A stretch of DNA of 64,000 nucleotides, taken from Batkoa obscura (taxonomy: Eukaryota). Shown piece after piece: positions 61,962-64,000 of this stretch. The notes under the pieces are model-generated. The model saw only the letters and a list, made by a program, of their open reading frames with translations, did no database searches and had not been told where the DNA came from. How positions within the stretch are numbered: the stretch's first letter is position 1; every line of letters begins with the position of its first letter. The stretch lies in contig JASVEC010000013.1 of NCBI GenBank assembly GCA_030770535.1, positions 1,054,001 through 1,118,000 of the forward strand. Reading direction: 5' to 3'. Made by a program: the position numbers and the translations under genes.

Positions 61962-64000
61962 CTGATCCAGATGAAAGCACTGAATTAGACTTCGAAATTA
62001 ACACGCTTTCAAAATTTGACCCCTCTACCCTCATCCTAGCACTACCTTCCAAAATTCGTGGCAGACCCAAGAAGAAAAAGGTTCCCGTCGTTGAAATTCC
62101 TAAAGTCATTCCACGTCGAATTGATAAGTCACCTGATAACTCTATCAATGCCCCTGATTCTGCCTTGATAAATGAAATTGCTAAACCTTACATTTCACAA
62201 TTATCCGATTTATCCAAACTGTCCCTTACACAAAGTGAACTAGATAATACACACCAGTGGTTAACTAATGTTACCATCCCAATTCCTCTAGACAAAATCC
62301 TAACTGGAGAATCAGACTTAGCAATTGCATTTAGAAACATCATTAGAGAATATCAGAATCCAAATAAACAGATCCTCTTAGTAAACCTCGATGCCAAAGC
62401 CAACTCCACCGATTGTACTTACATTAATGCGTCGATTTACAAAAAAAATGTGCGTATAATATTAGATAGCGGAGCTCCCATCAATTTCATATCGAGTCGT
62501 CTGGTAAAACGATTACCCTTTAAACCGGATATAGATTGTTCGGACACCTTCGGTACAGCCGGAACCGGAACCGTCACGGCACTAGGAGCATACTCATCAA
62601 TCCCTATTAAGTTTGGAAAGCTAACTTTAGCCTTTCCAGCGATAGTGTTGGAAAGCGAAGGTTACGACTTCCTCCTAGGCACCGAATTCTTTGTGAAACA
62701 TGGTTGCCAATTATTGTACGATCAAAATATCTTAAAAGTATTAGATCAATCCATTCCAATGTACTACAATAAGCCAAGGAACCTAACCATTAACAACATA
62801 AGCAACAAAACTCCTGACTGTCGTATAATGAGCTATCGGACTAACAATAAATCAGTTGACGTTACTCTCTGCGGATTAGAATCTGTGATTTATCAATATC
62901 CAGATATAGCATATAAGCAGTCTGGAATCCCCATTATTTCCCCTAAGAACTTACTAATACCGCCTAAATCACAGGTAGTACTAGACACCGAAATCTCATT
63001 ATGGGTACCTAAGGAGTTCCATCTATCTATATACAGTATAGAAAGTGTTTCAAGATTAGAACCTCTAACTATGCCCGGGATTTTAGGTAATAACATGAAT
63101 GAGACTATAAAACTACTGCTTGCCAACATTACCGAAAAAGATATCAAAATCTCTAGAGGTCAACAGGTTGGTACAATCCACGTAGAAAATAACATTGTGA
63201 TTAATACTTTCAGTAAATTTGCAACACTAGAAGAATTCCAAATTTATGAAGAAGCCCCTAATAACCAAACCCTGTTTGTTGAGAAAGACACTATTAAACA
63301 TCTAAACCCAGATGAACAACTTCAATTTTATAAATTGCTGGAAGAATATAAAGACGTCTTTGCAACTTCAGAAGAAGATATTGGCTGTGCCCGCAATACT
63401 AAACATAAAGTATATACATGTGATTCACTACCTGTTGCAACTAAAGCATATCGTAAATCTCAGTCTGAACTTAAGGCAGAACGAGAAGAAGTCCAAAAAC
63501 TTTTAAGATTAGGTTTGATTATCCCTTCAAATAGTCCATGGGCCTCTCCCCTTATGATTGTTAAGAAAAAAGATGGAACTAATAGAGTAGTTATGGACTA
63601 TAGGAAACTCAACAAAATCACAAAGAAGGATGTATATCCACTACCCAGAATAGATGATGCTGTTGACCGCTTACAAGGTGCAAAATACTTTTCAGCAATG
63701 GATCTAATCTCAGGATACTGGCAGGTAGAAATGGATCCGGAAGACCAAGAGAAATGCGCTTTGATTACTTCCGAAGGACTATTTCAACCAACGAGGATGC
63801 CACAAGGCCTTTCAAACGCTCCTGCTACACTCCAACGTCTTATGGATAATACACTAGGTGATCTTAAGCTCTCATGTGTACTAATTTACTTAGACGACTT
63901 GAATGTGTTCTCGAAGACTTTCGTGGATCACCTAAATCACCTTAAAGCAGTATTCGAACGTCTTCGCCAAGCTAACTTAAAGTTAAAGCCAAAAAAATGC
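61907..64000 (+). CDS. pol: Pol (aspartic protease, dUTPase-like relic, reverse transcriptase), partial, -1 frame to gag
   Basis: ILDSGAPINF near 62460 and DFLLG; RT motifs SPWASP, DYRKLN, YPLPRID, DLISGYWQ, MPQGLSNAP, YLDD. No stop seen to the window end, which explains its absence from the ORF track. Confidence 0.95.

Larger units (their letters stand above)
58826..64000 (+). mobile_element. Ty3/Gypsy LTR retrotransposon, 5' part (continues beyond the window)
   Basis: 5' LTR 58826-59293 (TGTGAAA..TTTCACA), PBS, gag, then pol in PR-RT order. Confidence 0.97.

Noticed and set aside
30786..63506. Antisense or alternate-frame ORFs (30786, 34138, 36356, 36548, 39508, 40162, 44069, 48794, 60793, 61593, 61648, 61843, 62893, 63312)
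   Set aside because: Shadows of well-supported genes on the other strand or frame, with no recognisable motifs

Overview
AT-rich eukaryotic DNA with short (about 45-120 nt) GT-AG introns and the standard genetic code. It is most consistent with an early-diverging fungus (Entomophthorales/Conidiobolus-like; this is inference). The left half (1-28.3 kb) is a birth-and-death array of fungal transcription-factor MHR (Fungal_trans-like) genes. Across the window there are 9 copies: 4 look intact and 5 are pseudogenes. None shows a Zn2Cys6 cluster. The array surrounds an arginine-type carbamoyl-phosphate synthase large subunit gene (CPA2) that has a perfect Gcn4-type site upstream. The right half holds an MFS transporter, an AT-hook orphan, HEL2/ZNF598, an AIG2/GGCT-like gene, ERG26, a coiled-coil protein, XAP5/FAM50 and an atypical kinase. 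Mobile DNA: (1) 18 copies of a ~98-bp MITE with GGGG...CCCC ends and 4-bp TSDs; (2) two ~200-240 bp foldback elements; (3) two solo LTRs; (4) the 5' part of an apparently intact Ty3/Gypsy element. That element has a non-Met PBS, an 833-aa Gag, an A-AAA-AAC -1 frameshift site with a candidate pseudoknot, a protease, a degenerate dUTPase-like domain and RT running off the window end. All calls come from reading the sequence by eye; no database searches were run.
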